DNA of 64,000 bases. It comes from Raillietiella orientalis (lineage: Eukaryota). Location of the stretch: positions 496,001 through 560,000 of the forward strand of contig JAYWIR010000032.1 in assembly GCA_036172245.1 (NCBI GenBank). Reading direction: 5' to 3'. Positions within the stretch are counted from its first letter, which is position 1. Each line of letters starts with the position of its first letter. The position numbers and the translations under genes were made by a program. Of this stretch, positions 26,385 to 38,272 are shown piece by piece. The notes beneath the pieces were generated by a model, which saw only the letters and a list, made by a program, of their open reading frames with translations, was not told where the DNA came from and did no database searches.

Positions 26385-27245
26385 GAATATATATACATTT
26401 ATGGGTAATTATTATATGTTAGAGAGATTATGCAGCATCCTTCTGATGGACTTGCTTCAAAACCCCGAATGTCCAAATCTCAAAAGATCATTAAAAATCA
26501 ATGCATGTGTTAATTAATCTATATTTACGTATAGATTAATATATATTATAAACCTTATTAAAATCACGTGTGTTTACTGTGCATATTAATATATATATTT
26601 ATATATTTATGCACATAATGCACACATATATTTATTTTTAGAATCTTTTTAATATGCATTAATCTATTTTAGAAAGATTACTCAGCATCTTTCTGAGGAA
26701 TTTGATAGATGGGGGTCTTTCAGATTGGCTGGTTGCTACGGGCGCTTGCCAAGTTCATAGCATAATATTTATAAGCAGCGATATTTATAAACATAATTAT
26801 ATCAATATATATGATGAATACACATATATTAAAAAGTATAGAATACATATATATTGAAATCAATCAATATATATATATATATTGAAATATATACATATAT
26901 TTGATATATATATATATATTGACATTATACATGATATCTTTGATGAATACATATATATGATGAATATATATGTTGACAAATATATAAAAAATAAATGCAT
27001 GAGTTAAAATAATATGACCATTAATAAGATGTACATCAATCAATATCAATAGATACGTATGTTGAAACCAATTCGTATATTAATCCATATATAAATGTAG
27101 ATAATAACATACGTAAGAAACAAACATATTTATTTTTATAATCTTTCCAACATGCAGTAATCTCTCTAGATTAATAAACCTATGTATTAGCTTTCATGAC
27201 CTTTAGGGATTTCGACCAAACCCCTCAGAAGGATGCTGAATCCGT
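26385..27245. repeat. Very AT-rich island with imperfect inverted repeats (MITE- or foldback-like)
   Basis: cagcatccttctga (~26433) is inverted at ~27225-27238; tagagagatta is inverted at ~27158-27168; third partial copy at ~26675-26700; (TA)n-rich interior. Confidence 0.5.
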
Positions 27246-27289
27246 GGATACCTGACCAGCACGAGAACCGAACGTTTCACGGTTCGATA

Positions 27290-27580
27290 CTTCTGAAGGA
27301 CGTATATCCCTCCAGAAGATGCTGGAGGAGCCGAAGAATTGGGTCCGTCCGTGGGTTTAGGAGGCAGCTCTGCCTTCCCTGGGGGAAAACAGAGGCAGCT
27401 GCTAGCCTGCAAGCGCTGCCTTTTTCGACACGCGACGGACGCCTGCAGGGAAAGTTTCTGGGGAAAGCACGCAGAATACCTGGAACGGTGGTGCACTATT
27501 CCCACAGTTTCCGCAGCACATGGTTTCCTCCCTGTTTGCTGGTGGTTCACATTCGGAAACCCATCTTGTGGTTCCAATAT
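27290..27580 (+). mobile_element. Highly decayed fragment of the Tx1-like ORF2 C-terminal region
   Basis: SLQKMLEEP...EAALPSLGENRGSC*PA aligns by eye to TLREILEDP (33430) and AALSALRARNDSSQPARW (50710). Confidence 0.4.
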
Positions 27581-30183
27581 GTCTATCGTGGGAGTTGGAT
27601 GCTGCGGCACACCACTTCCCCTTTCAAGTCCTCCGCCTTTCCCTTCGAGTTCTTCTAAGATCTTTTCCCTTTCTTATGCACTCTCCTTTGTTTTTCTGTA
27701 GTCTTCTAGAGCAGAGGATCTGCTCTCAAAAATGCCTCAAACGCGACGTCCATGATGGTCGTTCTCGTCACCTTGAAGGATGGGTTGATCGGAAGCAGAT
27801 GGATGGCCATTCACTGCCTGCCGTGGAAAGATAATGATACAATTTCAGGGATATGCCTCGAGAATCGCGTCAACAGTGAACGGTGCGCGCAGTCTTCGGA
27901 AGGATTACCCCAGAGGCAATCAGGATGGCAGGCAGGAGCCGATGAAATTCGCTTCATCTCTATGAAATACCTGTCAATCTCTTCGTCACGAAACTGCCAA
28001 ACTGGTTTCGTTCTACCGTGCCTGCCGCAGGAGACCGACTTCAGAATCCTGAGAGAAAACACATCTTTGTCTCGACGGAGGAGATTTTAGGAACCGTTGC
28101 AGATGACTTTCGTTTAGGAATTGTCACCACGGTCATCTTTCACACCACGCGGACTGTTTGCCGCATTCATTACAGGAGCAATCTCTGGGGCGTCCTAAAG
28201 GACCGAAAGAGCTGGTGCTTCTGTAAGAAGCAGCATCTCAGAGTGGAGCTCATTTGGAGCAGAAACGTCTCAGCACGAAATCGCGTGTGCACAGAGGAGC
28301 GACAGCACAGAAAACTCGAGTGGTGTTCGATGACAGTGGCTGCTGAGTTGAGAGGGTTGAGTTGTCTCGGCGAAGGAAGAAAGGCTGAAGCAGATTTGCA
28401 AGGCGGACGGATGAAGAGATCTGCCGGGCAACCCGGTGGGTGACCAACTTATCGCAAGATCAGACGATCACGGAGTCAGAACTTATCTGACGCTTTCCCA
28501 CGAGTCGACACTGGGATAAACATTTGAGACTGTTAATGATATTGTGTATGAATGAGAATGGACTTGCCTTCTTTAAGAGGATGGCGGAAAGAAGATTGCG
28601 CCAACAGCACAGAAGAAGCGGCGAAGATTTTTTTTCAGGGGCAGGGAGGCGACGAAAATAACCAGGACTCTTCTCTATGGGAGGGTGGGCTCCCAGTATG
28701 TGGGAAGGTGAAAGGATAAGATCGTGCTTGCTCTCTGGTTGCATGAAGCGAATTACGAGTAGCAAAAAAGGAAAAAGAAAAAGAAGAGAAACAGAGAGAT
28801 GAAATGGGTGTAGGTGCTGAGTTAAGCAAGAAAGAAAGAAAGAAAGAACTGCAAAAGATCCTTTCGTGGATTCTTTGTTCAGTTTCAGACTAAAGATGCT
28901 TGGGTGGCCCAGCAAGCGAGGCAGCATACGGGCGCCTCTTGAGAAGAGCACATCGGGTGCGCGTCGTGAGGATGGAGGGATGCCAAGGGAGGACAGCTGG
29001 ACAGCCGCTCGAGCGTGCTCCGTGGAGGGCGCGAAGGCGCCATCGCTGATCCAGGCCGATTCCTTCACCCCGAAATTCCACCCGCACACGCGGGGAAGCC
29101 ACCGTGGCTCGTTTCGGAGCTCATCTGTGAGTACGCGAAGAAAGGAGGTCTTTGCAATTCGCCTGACGGACACGTCCGCCTTTCGTTTTTTCGCAAAAAG
29201 AGGGGAAAAAAAAATCAAGGCATGGATCGAAGCATTCGAATAGCGGGAATTCTCACGAAAGCTCCAGCGTCCAGCCTCATGTTATTTGCTCACTGAATAC
29301 TCGGGCATTTGCTACCTGGGCAGCCATGCTTGCGTCCCAGGAGTGCCAGCGGCTTTCACCCAAAAAAGTTGCATTCTTTCCCGGAAAAGCCATCCTCCAA
29401 TCCGGCAACAAGCATCTTGACTTTCAGAAAGAACTAGTTGCATTATTTTTGGTTCCTCGGTTGGTTTATATTGAGGTGGCAGTCTAAAAGTCAACATGGG
29501 GCCACTCTAGAACTGAGGAACATGGGGCAAATGTTTACAGAATCCAAAGTCTTCACGGAGCCTTGCAGCTGCGGCGTTCTTCGCGGGATCTTCCTCAGAG
29601 GAAACCGAATTTGCCTGCTCCGACAGAGTTCTTCCAGTTCTTTTTCTCCGGAATGCCAGAGGCAAAACCACTTCATCGGAAGCAGTGAGATGCCGATCCG
29701 AGGAGCCGCACACAACTAGGTGATACGTGAATGAATTCATCCAGCGAGGAATTCTGTTGGTGGAATAAGCCCGCATCTCCTCCGCTTTCCGGAAGCGTTT
29801 CTGGCTGTTGGATGGACCCGCTGAACTGATAAAAAGCAGGTGCTAAGGAAGAATTGGCGTCTCCTTCGCGCTACTTGGTAGTGGAATCCATCGCCTTTTC
29901 TTTTCATCTTTCGTTTTTCTCTTTTCTCCCATCTGGAGCAAAAAAAGTTTTTTTTTTTTTGCAAATCTAAAAATTATCTCATGGATTGAAACACAATATA
30001 CGTGCAATCGCTGGGGAGAATCGAGCACGAGCTGATGATACCCATCTTCGCTCCGTGCTTTAGCAAGCTCGAGCTTCTTGCTCCGCATGCTGGAAAGAAA
30101 TCTGCACGACTGCGAGCGATCGTTTCTGCGGATTCAGAAGAATGCGAAAGATTCGACCCGCCGCATCGGAATGCGAAACCGCG

Positions 30184-30215
30184 CACATACACACACACAC
30201 ATACGCACACACACA
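30184..30215. repeat. (CA)n microsatellite, imperfect
   Basis: cacatacacacacacacatacgcacacacaca. Confidence 0.8.
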
Positions 30216-30479
30216 ACTTTGGTCACTTTCACTAGCCGAAGTAGAGGAGTACTTCCACCAAGGACGGAGGAGCAGTGACTTTTCGATTATGGGAGTCTGC
30301 ATGCGACAAGCTCAGGAAACAACCGCGGCATCCCACATAAGCAAACAGATCCCCGGCCATGTGTTCCCGGTCAGATAGGGGACTAAATTATGCAATCGGT
30401 TTCCCTGAGGTAACCCGCAATGATTCCATTGCTTTGCAAGATTGATGCACTTCTTCCAGAGCAGGTTTTGTTTTCAGAT

Positions 30480-31015
30480 TCCATCGTCATGAAGGATAAA
30501 GGTCGTTCGTCTGAAGGTAACTGAAAAGTGAAGTACCTTCATTGATATTTCTGGATACGATTCCAACGCGCAAGCACTTCTTGCAGAACAGGTCCATGCA
30601 TGTCTTCAGTTGGGCGCTGAAGACATGCATGGACGTAGGTAAGAATAGGGTCTCCGGAAATACACCCTACGAGCTAATTCGAGTATCCACTGCATCCAGG
30701 ATGGCAGAGTTGTCATTTGCCGAGAAACCTCCCCATGCTAATGCCTCCAAATACGTCATAGTCAGATCCTAAAACGGTGAATCAGTTGTTCATGACATCC
30801 AACGATATCACTCTGGGAGTTAGAGCGTTGAGGGTTTTATTAATGATTTCTGCTGACTCTTGGCATCTGTCATGGGTTTGCTTGCAATATGCATACGTGA
30901 CATCACAACTGATCAGAAGACTTCCCCTTAATGTTTTTTGATTAATTGAGTTTCCATAGGGAAACGAGCTGATTTTTTGTCCTGTTTTCAAGTCTCCGGG
31001 CCATACGAGATGCAC
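30480..31015 (-). mobile_element. Decayed Penelope-like (PLE) reverse transcriptase remnant
   Basis: GSLLISCDVTYAY (xLxSxDVxxLY), NN*FTVLGSDY..GISMG (NxFxF.G..Y...GxxMG), VLARWN...YFTFQLPSDERPLSF (LN...FT.E...LPFLD) appear in PLE order. Confidence 0.55.
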
Positions 31016-32149
31016 GGGTTTGGGGCCAGTTTTTGGATGGCATGCTTGATCTCTAGGTGGAGATCTGCAAAGTCCGAAGTGAAGGCCAACATTATTTCTA
31101 CGAGGGAACCCGCTTTCAGGGGGAAGCCTACACCGCTAGAAGTTTTACTAGACTAGAAGGAAAAGCACACACACAAAAAATGAATATCCGTCAGAAAGAG
31201 GTCCGTCCGGTCACCCTGAAATACTCATGTGGGAGCAGCTCGTAGGTCGAGGAAGAGGGTGGTGTCCGTTAAGCAGTCAGACAACTTCGAAGTGCTAAGA
31301 TCTGCTCGAGATGCTCGATTGCTCAAGAGTGCAAGACTTCGAAAGGACTCAACTGCTTCATTCGGGAAACCAAGATCTGTCAGTCACGTGACTCTCGGGA
31401 CGATCTGTCGGAAGACGGCAGCAGAGAAGAACATCCTGTTCACAGTTAGTGGGCCGCAGAGGATGTCGCAGCCGATGGAAGGCAGTCGGCATCCACGGGA
31501 TGGACACGAGGACTTGTGAAATCAGCCCACAGAGCGAGTGCTGTCGAACCGATCAACGGCCGCAGCTGAGCAAGAAAGTGACACCCATAATCGCCGTGTT
31601 TTGGATCGTGGAGAGTCGTGCGATGGAAATTTCGAGTTGGCTGATCCGAATTTTGGCGTCACTTCCATGACTCTATTTTTTTTTTTTTTTTAACCTTGAC
31701 GCTTTCTCATTTGGAAGTGTTCAGGAATCTTCCAAAATGTAGCCGAAACTTCACAGCCAATCGGAAGTCATTTCCGCGAGGCGGCTCGCTCCAGACTGGC
31801 TTTCCAAATCTTTTCCACGGTCAGCACTGGCTGCTGCATCATGGAATTCTGCTCACAGAGCCGTGTTTTTTAGACAACAGCTTGAGTTCTTTAGAATCCC
31901 AAAGCGAATACACACGCTCGTGGGAACTACTGGACAATGATTTCTGCACTTCCCGTAAACCCAGAAAAGTCCTGGAGGCATTGATTCCACGGGCCAGGCT
32001 TCGATTCGTGCCATTTTTTTCTTCTTCTTCTCCGTTTTCTTCTCTGTTCTCCCATGATGTTTTCCGATGCTTCACGCACACTCATGATCATTCAGCTCGC
32101 TAGGTGAATCGGTAACGAACTGGCACTTTTGCAAGTGGACATGGCCCAA

Positions 32150-32347
32150 ATGGAGAATCTGATAAGAGAAGTTTTTTGATCACAGATCAGGATTGGTTCA
32201 TGGATGTCAGTGCACTCTCTGCATGACGACCTCTCCATGCAGTTTAAGTGAGGTACATCAGAGAATGAATATGATGGCTCTGGACCATCTTACAGTTCTT
32301 TCTTTCCGAACATCTTGCAGTTCAAATAGAATGCTTGTTATCGTTTC
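32150..32347 (-). pseudogene. Cytochrome P450 fragment (I-J-K helix region), duplicate 1
   Basis: Reads TITSILFEL... then EL*DGPEPSYSFSDVPHLNCMER; direct repeat of 38025-38272. Confidence 0.45.
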
Positions 32348-32994
32348 TTATTAGTGAAACGGCGCAAAGGAGTCTGGGAGGGGGGGATGCTGCGTTCGTG
32401 GATTCTGCTGTTTTAAGCATCCGAGGCGGACGGACTCTGCTCAGTGCGGATTCCTTACACATGCCCGTGGTTCGAGTCCCAGACGATGGAATCCCATCCG
32501 CAGGACCGGGTTAATGGATCGTGATGGCTACACCGAGCATTATGATTACCGGTTCGGTGAATGGTACTTTTGTCTTGTTCGTTTCGATGAGAGCGTCTAA
32601 GAATTGCCCGCTTCCATCTCCATCTGGGTTCATTCTTCTGCTTGAAAGAAGACAGTTTCATAATTCAGTCTGATGTGCACTCGGAAAAGAGAGGGCAGGT
32701 CAATAATATATTTTAGTTTTTTTACGCTTTTAGAGTAGATGAACAAGAAACATATCTTCGGGGTTGCTCAACATTACGAAACCGGGAAACCATTTTTAAA
32801 AAGTCGCGAATATTTTTTTTTGCAGCTGCCCATTATGTTCTTGGATTTTGATTTCCTGAGGGCCTCACTAATCGGAAGCATCTCTGAACTTTTTTATTCG
32901 CTTTTTTCCAGAATCAATTGCAATGGTGTTAGCCCTACTAGGATTTCAGTGTTTTGGGGGGTTATGACAGCAGGCGTCGTATATTCTGAATCTC

Positions 32995-34608
32995 TTTTTT
33001 TTCCGGTACGTTAAGTGCTGAAGAACCGTTCGCTTCCCTATGGGGGGCTCAGAAAGTTCCTTACCACTGTTCACACCACCCGAAGGGTGCGTGTAATTCT
33101 TCAACATAGGGGGTAGTCCGGGAAGGGACCACCCTATGAATCCAGAAAGTTTCCGGAGTCTTCCGTTCCTCTTACGGTTGGGAGGGAAACCAGCTCCAGG
33201 GTACGTGATGGTGCGGCTCCATTTTCATAACCGGAAGGAAAAGCTCCAAAGGGATACGGCTCCTTCATTCCTGGAAGGGCCACCGGAGGGTCAACTTCCA
33301 ATCCTGGCCAGTTAACGGGGTCATCTAGTTTCCGGTTGCCACTTGTACCTCACCACCTGGTTGCAGGAGCAAAGATCCAGGAGCCAAGCGCGGAACAGGT
33401 GCGACGTTTCCTGTACTCGCGTAACAGCTGCACGCTCCGGGAGATCTTGGAGGATCCTGCGAAGAGTGCGTGGGCAAGCAGAACCTCCTTCGCAGCCGCG
33501 GTGCCCTCTCCTAGAGAGCACAACAACAGCAGTTTTACAGATAGATGGGAGGTTAATGTGAAAATTTCCAGGAAAAGGAGAGGACTGGGAGAGTGGACGA
33601 CAGGCCAGCTCACCGACACTGCGACCCCGAGTGCTCATGGACGCTCGACCTCATGGACTTTGGCGCTGGGACGTGCTGCTGGGTATTCCGGAGTAAGACC
33701 TGCAGTGATCCCCAGTGCTCATGAACACTCGCACCATCTTCTTAAAGTTCCAGGAGTCGGCATAGATGCTGCTGCCCCGGGGGCTCCCGTGCAACGCCTG
33801 CCGGCATCACTGGCCACGAGTGTGGGTGGATCCAAACTGCGCAAGGTGCAGCTAGTGGGAATCCCTCCCTCATTTCCTAGTGGACTGTGTTTCCCTCCGG
33901 CTCCTTTGGGGAAGCCTTGCCGCAACCTTTGGATTCCTCGGTGGCAACCTCAGAGACGTTTTAAAACGTTTCTTGCTAAGCGACACCCTCACACCTGCCA
34001 CATTCCGATCAGCACTTTGCGGCTCAGGCAGCGAGACCATGGCTGCATGGAGCAACGCCAGAGGAAACCAGGACGACAGGGACCCCATCTCTTTTGCTGT
34101 ACTATTCATAAGAACAGCGTCAAAATGTTCCCATCTGGGAACAGTGATTCAGGAACTTGCCAGCATCTTTACAAGGATGCAGAGGATGCCCTTCAGCACA
34201 CAATGATCCCTTTCCGAACCCCCACCTCTTTTTTTTTACTGTATGTTTTCTGTTTTGTTTTTTTCTTTTTCTTTGTTCCCTCTTCCCTTGTGCTGCTGAG
34301 GCGAACCCCGCTGGCCAGCGTGCCAGATCCCGGCAGGTCCTTCTCGTAGTTGTAAGTAGTGTGGCAGGATCAGACGTCCTGCCACAGACAAGTAGGTTTA
34401 TTTTATAAGTAAATACCCCGCCGTGACCGGGTGTCTGCCAATGCCTCACCAGAAGCCTGTAAGACAACCAGCGTCATCCCAAGGGGGGACTAGATACCCA
34501 CGACGCACCCATTTCTCGTTGGCGATTTTTCCCCGAGCGGGATTCGAACTCTCAACGCTTAGTCCCACACGCGGAGAGTCTGCAGCCACACAGTCGCCAA
34601 CGTGAGAC
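32995..34608 (-). mobile_element. SINE copy (body 32995-33355, head 34434-34608) split by an antisense LINE
   Basis: T-run plus aagtgctgaagaaccgttcg 3' end; head gggattcgaactctcaacgctt at ~34539-34560. Confidence 0.8.
33356..34433 (+). mobile_element. 5'-truncated L1/Tx1-like LINE, copy B (about 390 bp longer than A and C)
   Basis: Homologous to copies A, C and D (GLPCNA...DPNCARC...DCVSLRLLW); 3' hairpin and GTGACCGGGTG end; TSD at 33338-33355 / 34434-34451. Confidence 0.8.
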
Positions 34609-36146
34609 GTATGGCTACTCCATTCTGAACCTTTTGATACATGAAACTGACCTATCGAGGAAATAGTGGCGGACTTACTGCTGAGGGCGATGTGGATTTG
34701 CCTGCAAGTGGTAGCCTTTCGGAGAGAACACATTCGTGCCTCGGTTGCCGCGCGCATACACAGGTACATACATACACCTACATACTTACATCCACCCACC
34801 CGCTCATTCAATAGCTTCCTATTGGTGAGGCAGGCGTTATTTGAAACCAATCTCCAAGAAGGAAGTCGAGAGTCGGCAGATTAGCCATAGTTTTTCTTCG
34901 CTTCTTAGGAACTCGATAACGTTTCGCTGAGATAGGAGATGGTGGCATGTGACCCGATGGTCATGCCAATAAGAATGTGTGCAAAACTTCCCAATTTCTA
35001 AGAAATGGCCTACGAAGTAGAATACAGGGCTGCAGCGGGGATCTCACATTCCTTTGTCTCTTAGACAATCTGGAATGATTGAAAAACGAAGCATTTTCAG
35101 CAGGAATGTCCGCCAACGGACACATCATCCCTGGAGCAGATAGTGGATACGGCAACCGTGCAAAACTTCAGGAAGTTGGTGTATCACATACTGAAGAAAA
35201 TCCACAAGCGGGCGAAATCTTAAAGAATCGGGGGAGGTTATTGACTGCTTTTTGCAAGGATCAACCTTTTTCTGGGCGGCAAACAGTGTGCTTACGACAA
35301 ACAGATAGTCTGGAGCGGCAGCCAGTAAGGCTTTAGACATGCGGGCCTGGAGCTGCTGGAGACTAAAGAGAGGCAAGGAAGCCATTTCGGAACAGCAGCA
35401 TGTTGAAAGGCACGCAGCTTCCGTGGATCCATGCCGAAGAAGGTTACTACGAAGATGAAAATTGGCCACGGTGCAATAGCTGAAAGCGCTCCAGCGAAAT
35501 ACCAGCAAGGCAATCGTCAGGAGAGGAAAGTGCTAAAGGTAATGTCATCAGAACTTGGGCAAGTGGCTGTTCAGTATGCGAGAAAGTTTACTGCCCCATC
35601 ACGACACTGCTTCACGCAGAGAGACAGCGAAGGCTGTCCATCATGTGCACAAGATGCCTATGCTAATTTTGCATATTTACGGTCAATCAAAGAACACGGC
35701 AGGGTACGCTGGATAAATTCCACTGTCAGTGACCATTAGGGACCATGAACACTACGGTGAGCCCACGCTTGTTTCTTATGCGCATTACATATCAAGTATT
35801 GTCTCTAATTTGTTTTAACAGGGTAATAGATCTCCATGGTGAAAGTAATGATGGTTCAAATCGAACGGATCAAGAGTTGTTATTGCAGTCTCATCTCACG
35901 CCCTGGGTGTGGCCTACGGGAGGCAAAGAGACGAAGGGTTTCTTTGCCTCTTTGAGATGAGTGATTCCGATGAGGATGCTGGAAGATATATGGCTTAAGG
36001 ACAAAAGCAATGGCAGACTTTTGTTCGCCAAGCTCATATCATTGTTTCAGATGCCATCTTTTTGCATCAAAAGGTATATTTTATTTATAAGCAAGGCAAA
36101 TCCCTAGCATTAAGTAGAAAATAAATAAAGCATACACAATAAAAGT

Positions 36147-37228
36147 TCAATATTTATCTTCGACTTCCCCATCTTCAACAGAGTCCATCCTCATCTCTTC
36201 ATAATCTTTCTCCAGAGCAGCAAGATCTTCCTGGCCTCCACAAATCCTCCATCCTCCATAACATCGCCAACATGACAGTGAACCAAAGCCCGTTCAGCAC
36301 ACATCAGATCAAACTTATGGTCCAAATGAGCACACGATTCAGCAATTGCTGTAGTGTTGGAAAACATGCAAACAGCTCTTTGCACTTTGTCAGGAACAAC
36401 TGTAGGTGACTGATAATTGATGCAAACTTTGAAGCTGGTAAGGTACCAATCCACAAGATGCATAGAACGTTTGGTTTTGATGGTAGCACTTGCCTCATCC
36501 ACATCCTTGGGCACAACATCTCCCCTGTACAGCATGCAGCATGCCATATGCACTCCACTTTACCATTTGATCTGCTGGTTGGAAGCAGGAATTGGTAATC
36601 TCCGATACCCTCAGTTGCGCCTCCTCAGCAGAGATGTCTGGTGCACAAGCAACAAATGGGGAACAAATCAGTGGGCGTGGCACGAATTTCGTTCGAAATT
36701 CTTGACAGAATTTCAAACGAATTCCCCACATCCGGAGCACCATCAGAACGCATGGAAGCTGTGATTAAAGAAACAGTCTGCCTGATTAGTCTGTTCAGAC
36801 TGGTGCAGGCTGGCCTTTCAACGTCAGGATTGCGGCGACAAATGTCATAAACTGGCTCATTGTCCACCATGGACGCGCAGTCGGAATGCTCCAAGGCGGG
36901 GCGCGCGTCGTAAGGTTGAGTGATATCGTTCCGCAAGTGCAGTGGACGCTTGAGGAGCTGGCCAAATAGCAAATTCCAATTTCGACTGCTTCCCGCAATC
37001 CACACCGAGTCATGCATTAAGCAGATGCGCAAAACCAGAGCCAGAAAACTCCCCTCCTCCAAACGAGTGAAAAATGAAATCTTATAAAGCAGTGCACTGA
37101 TCCTCTAGCTTGCGAATACGATCTAAGATGCGGTCTGCGATTTCCTTGCCAATTGTGTGATGCCCACGAGCATGGTCGCTGGCTGCATCCTATCCATCAG
37201 TTCCCAGTTGCTCAGGATGAAACAAGCC
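36147..37228 (-). pseudogene. Processed alpha-tubulin pseudogene, 5'-truncated (from about residue 85 to the C-terminal Y)
   Basis: LFHPEQL...[31 protein letters not shown]...[31 protein letters not shown], ...EVEDKY*. No introns; multiple stops, frameshifts and deletions. Confidence 0.93.
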
Positions 37229-38024
37229 AGCACTTGCACATGGCATTGCGTGTCAGCGGTGGAGCGTGTCATTTCATACCAAGAAGAAAAGCAAAATCGA
37301 GGTACGATGGCAGTAGCATGCATGACCTTTATCAAGTCTGACTCGATTTCAGATCACTGCATCTGGGATGAAAACGCTAAAACGCGCACCAAATTTTCTG
37401 GGAGGAAGAAATGAAGAAAATTCGGGGCTCGTCACGCGGTGGGGACACTGGACAGAGAAAAAAAGGCAGTTCTACTGAAAATCCTCTGCCGATTGCCAGA
37501 GTTTAAAAGACTGGACTAACAAGTCCCGAGGAGAGTTTCTATCCATTATGCTTTGATTCCTGCTTCCCCCTTTCTGTAGAAGAACTGAAATTGGGTGCGC
37601 ACTTTCCGTTCTTCGGCACTTCTAAGCGTCTTTTCAATGCACTCTTCCGTTTCTCCATTGGTTTCTTTCCTCCTTTTTGACAGCAAGGACAAGTAACCTT
37701 TACCGATGCTGACCCTCATCAGCATCGATAAAGGTTACTCGGGCCGTTTCTTGGTTACAGTTTCTTGGGTGACCAGGGTGGATCTACTGCGTAATCGAGA
37801 GACAAAGATATGATGACTTTCGATCGCTGACATTTGTCAGTTTTTCTACTCGTGCCTGCAGAGACACAGCGTTGATTTTGCTAGAGGATGGCACGGACAC
37901 CAGAGCAACCGGATCTCTGCTTGGCTCCAGGTCTTCTTTCCGGAATCTTTCAGCGCCTGTGGTTTAAACCTCAATGCTGGACGCAAGCAGGGCTGCGATT
38001 CTTCCTCCTTTCCTGCTGCTGCTC

Positions 38025-38272
38025 AGAGAATCTGATGAGAGATTTTTTCGATCACGCATCAGGATTGCTTCATATGCTCTCTGAATGGCAGTGCACTCTG
38101 CATGACGATCTCTCCATACAGTTTAAGTGGGCTACATAAGAGAATGAATATGATGGCTCTAGACCATCTTACAGTTCTTTATTCACCATCGTACAGTCCT
38201 TTCTTGACGGTCGTACAGTTCTTTTTTTCAGAACATCTTGCAAGTTCAAATAGGATGCTTGTTATAGTTTTT
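38025..38272 (-). pseudogene. Cytochrome P450 fragment, duplicate 2, with internal tandem duplications
   Basis: TITSILFELARCSEK...EL*DGLEPSYSFSYVAHLNCMER; extra copies of a tacagtt/cctt motif at ~38170-38225. Confidence 0.45.

Noticed and set aside
33336..34349. 337-aa ORF as a host gene
   Set aside because: It runs through LINE copy B, largely out of the true ORF2 frame.
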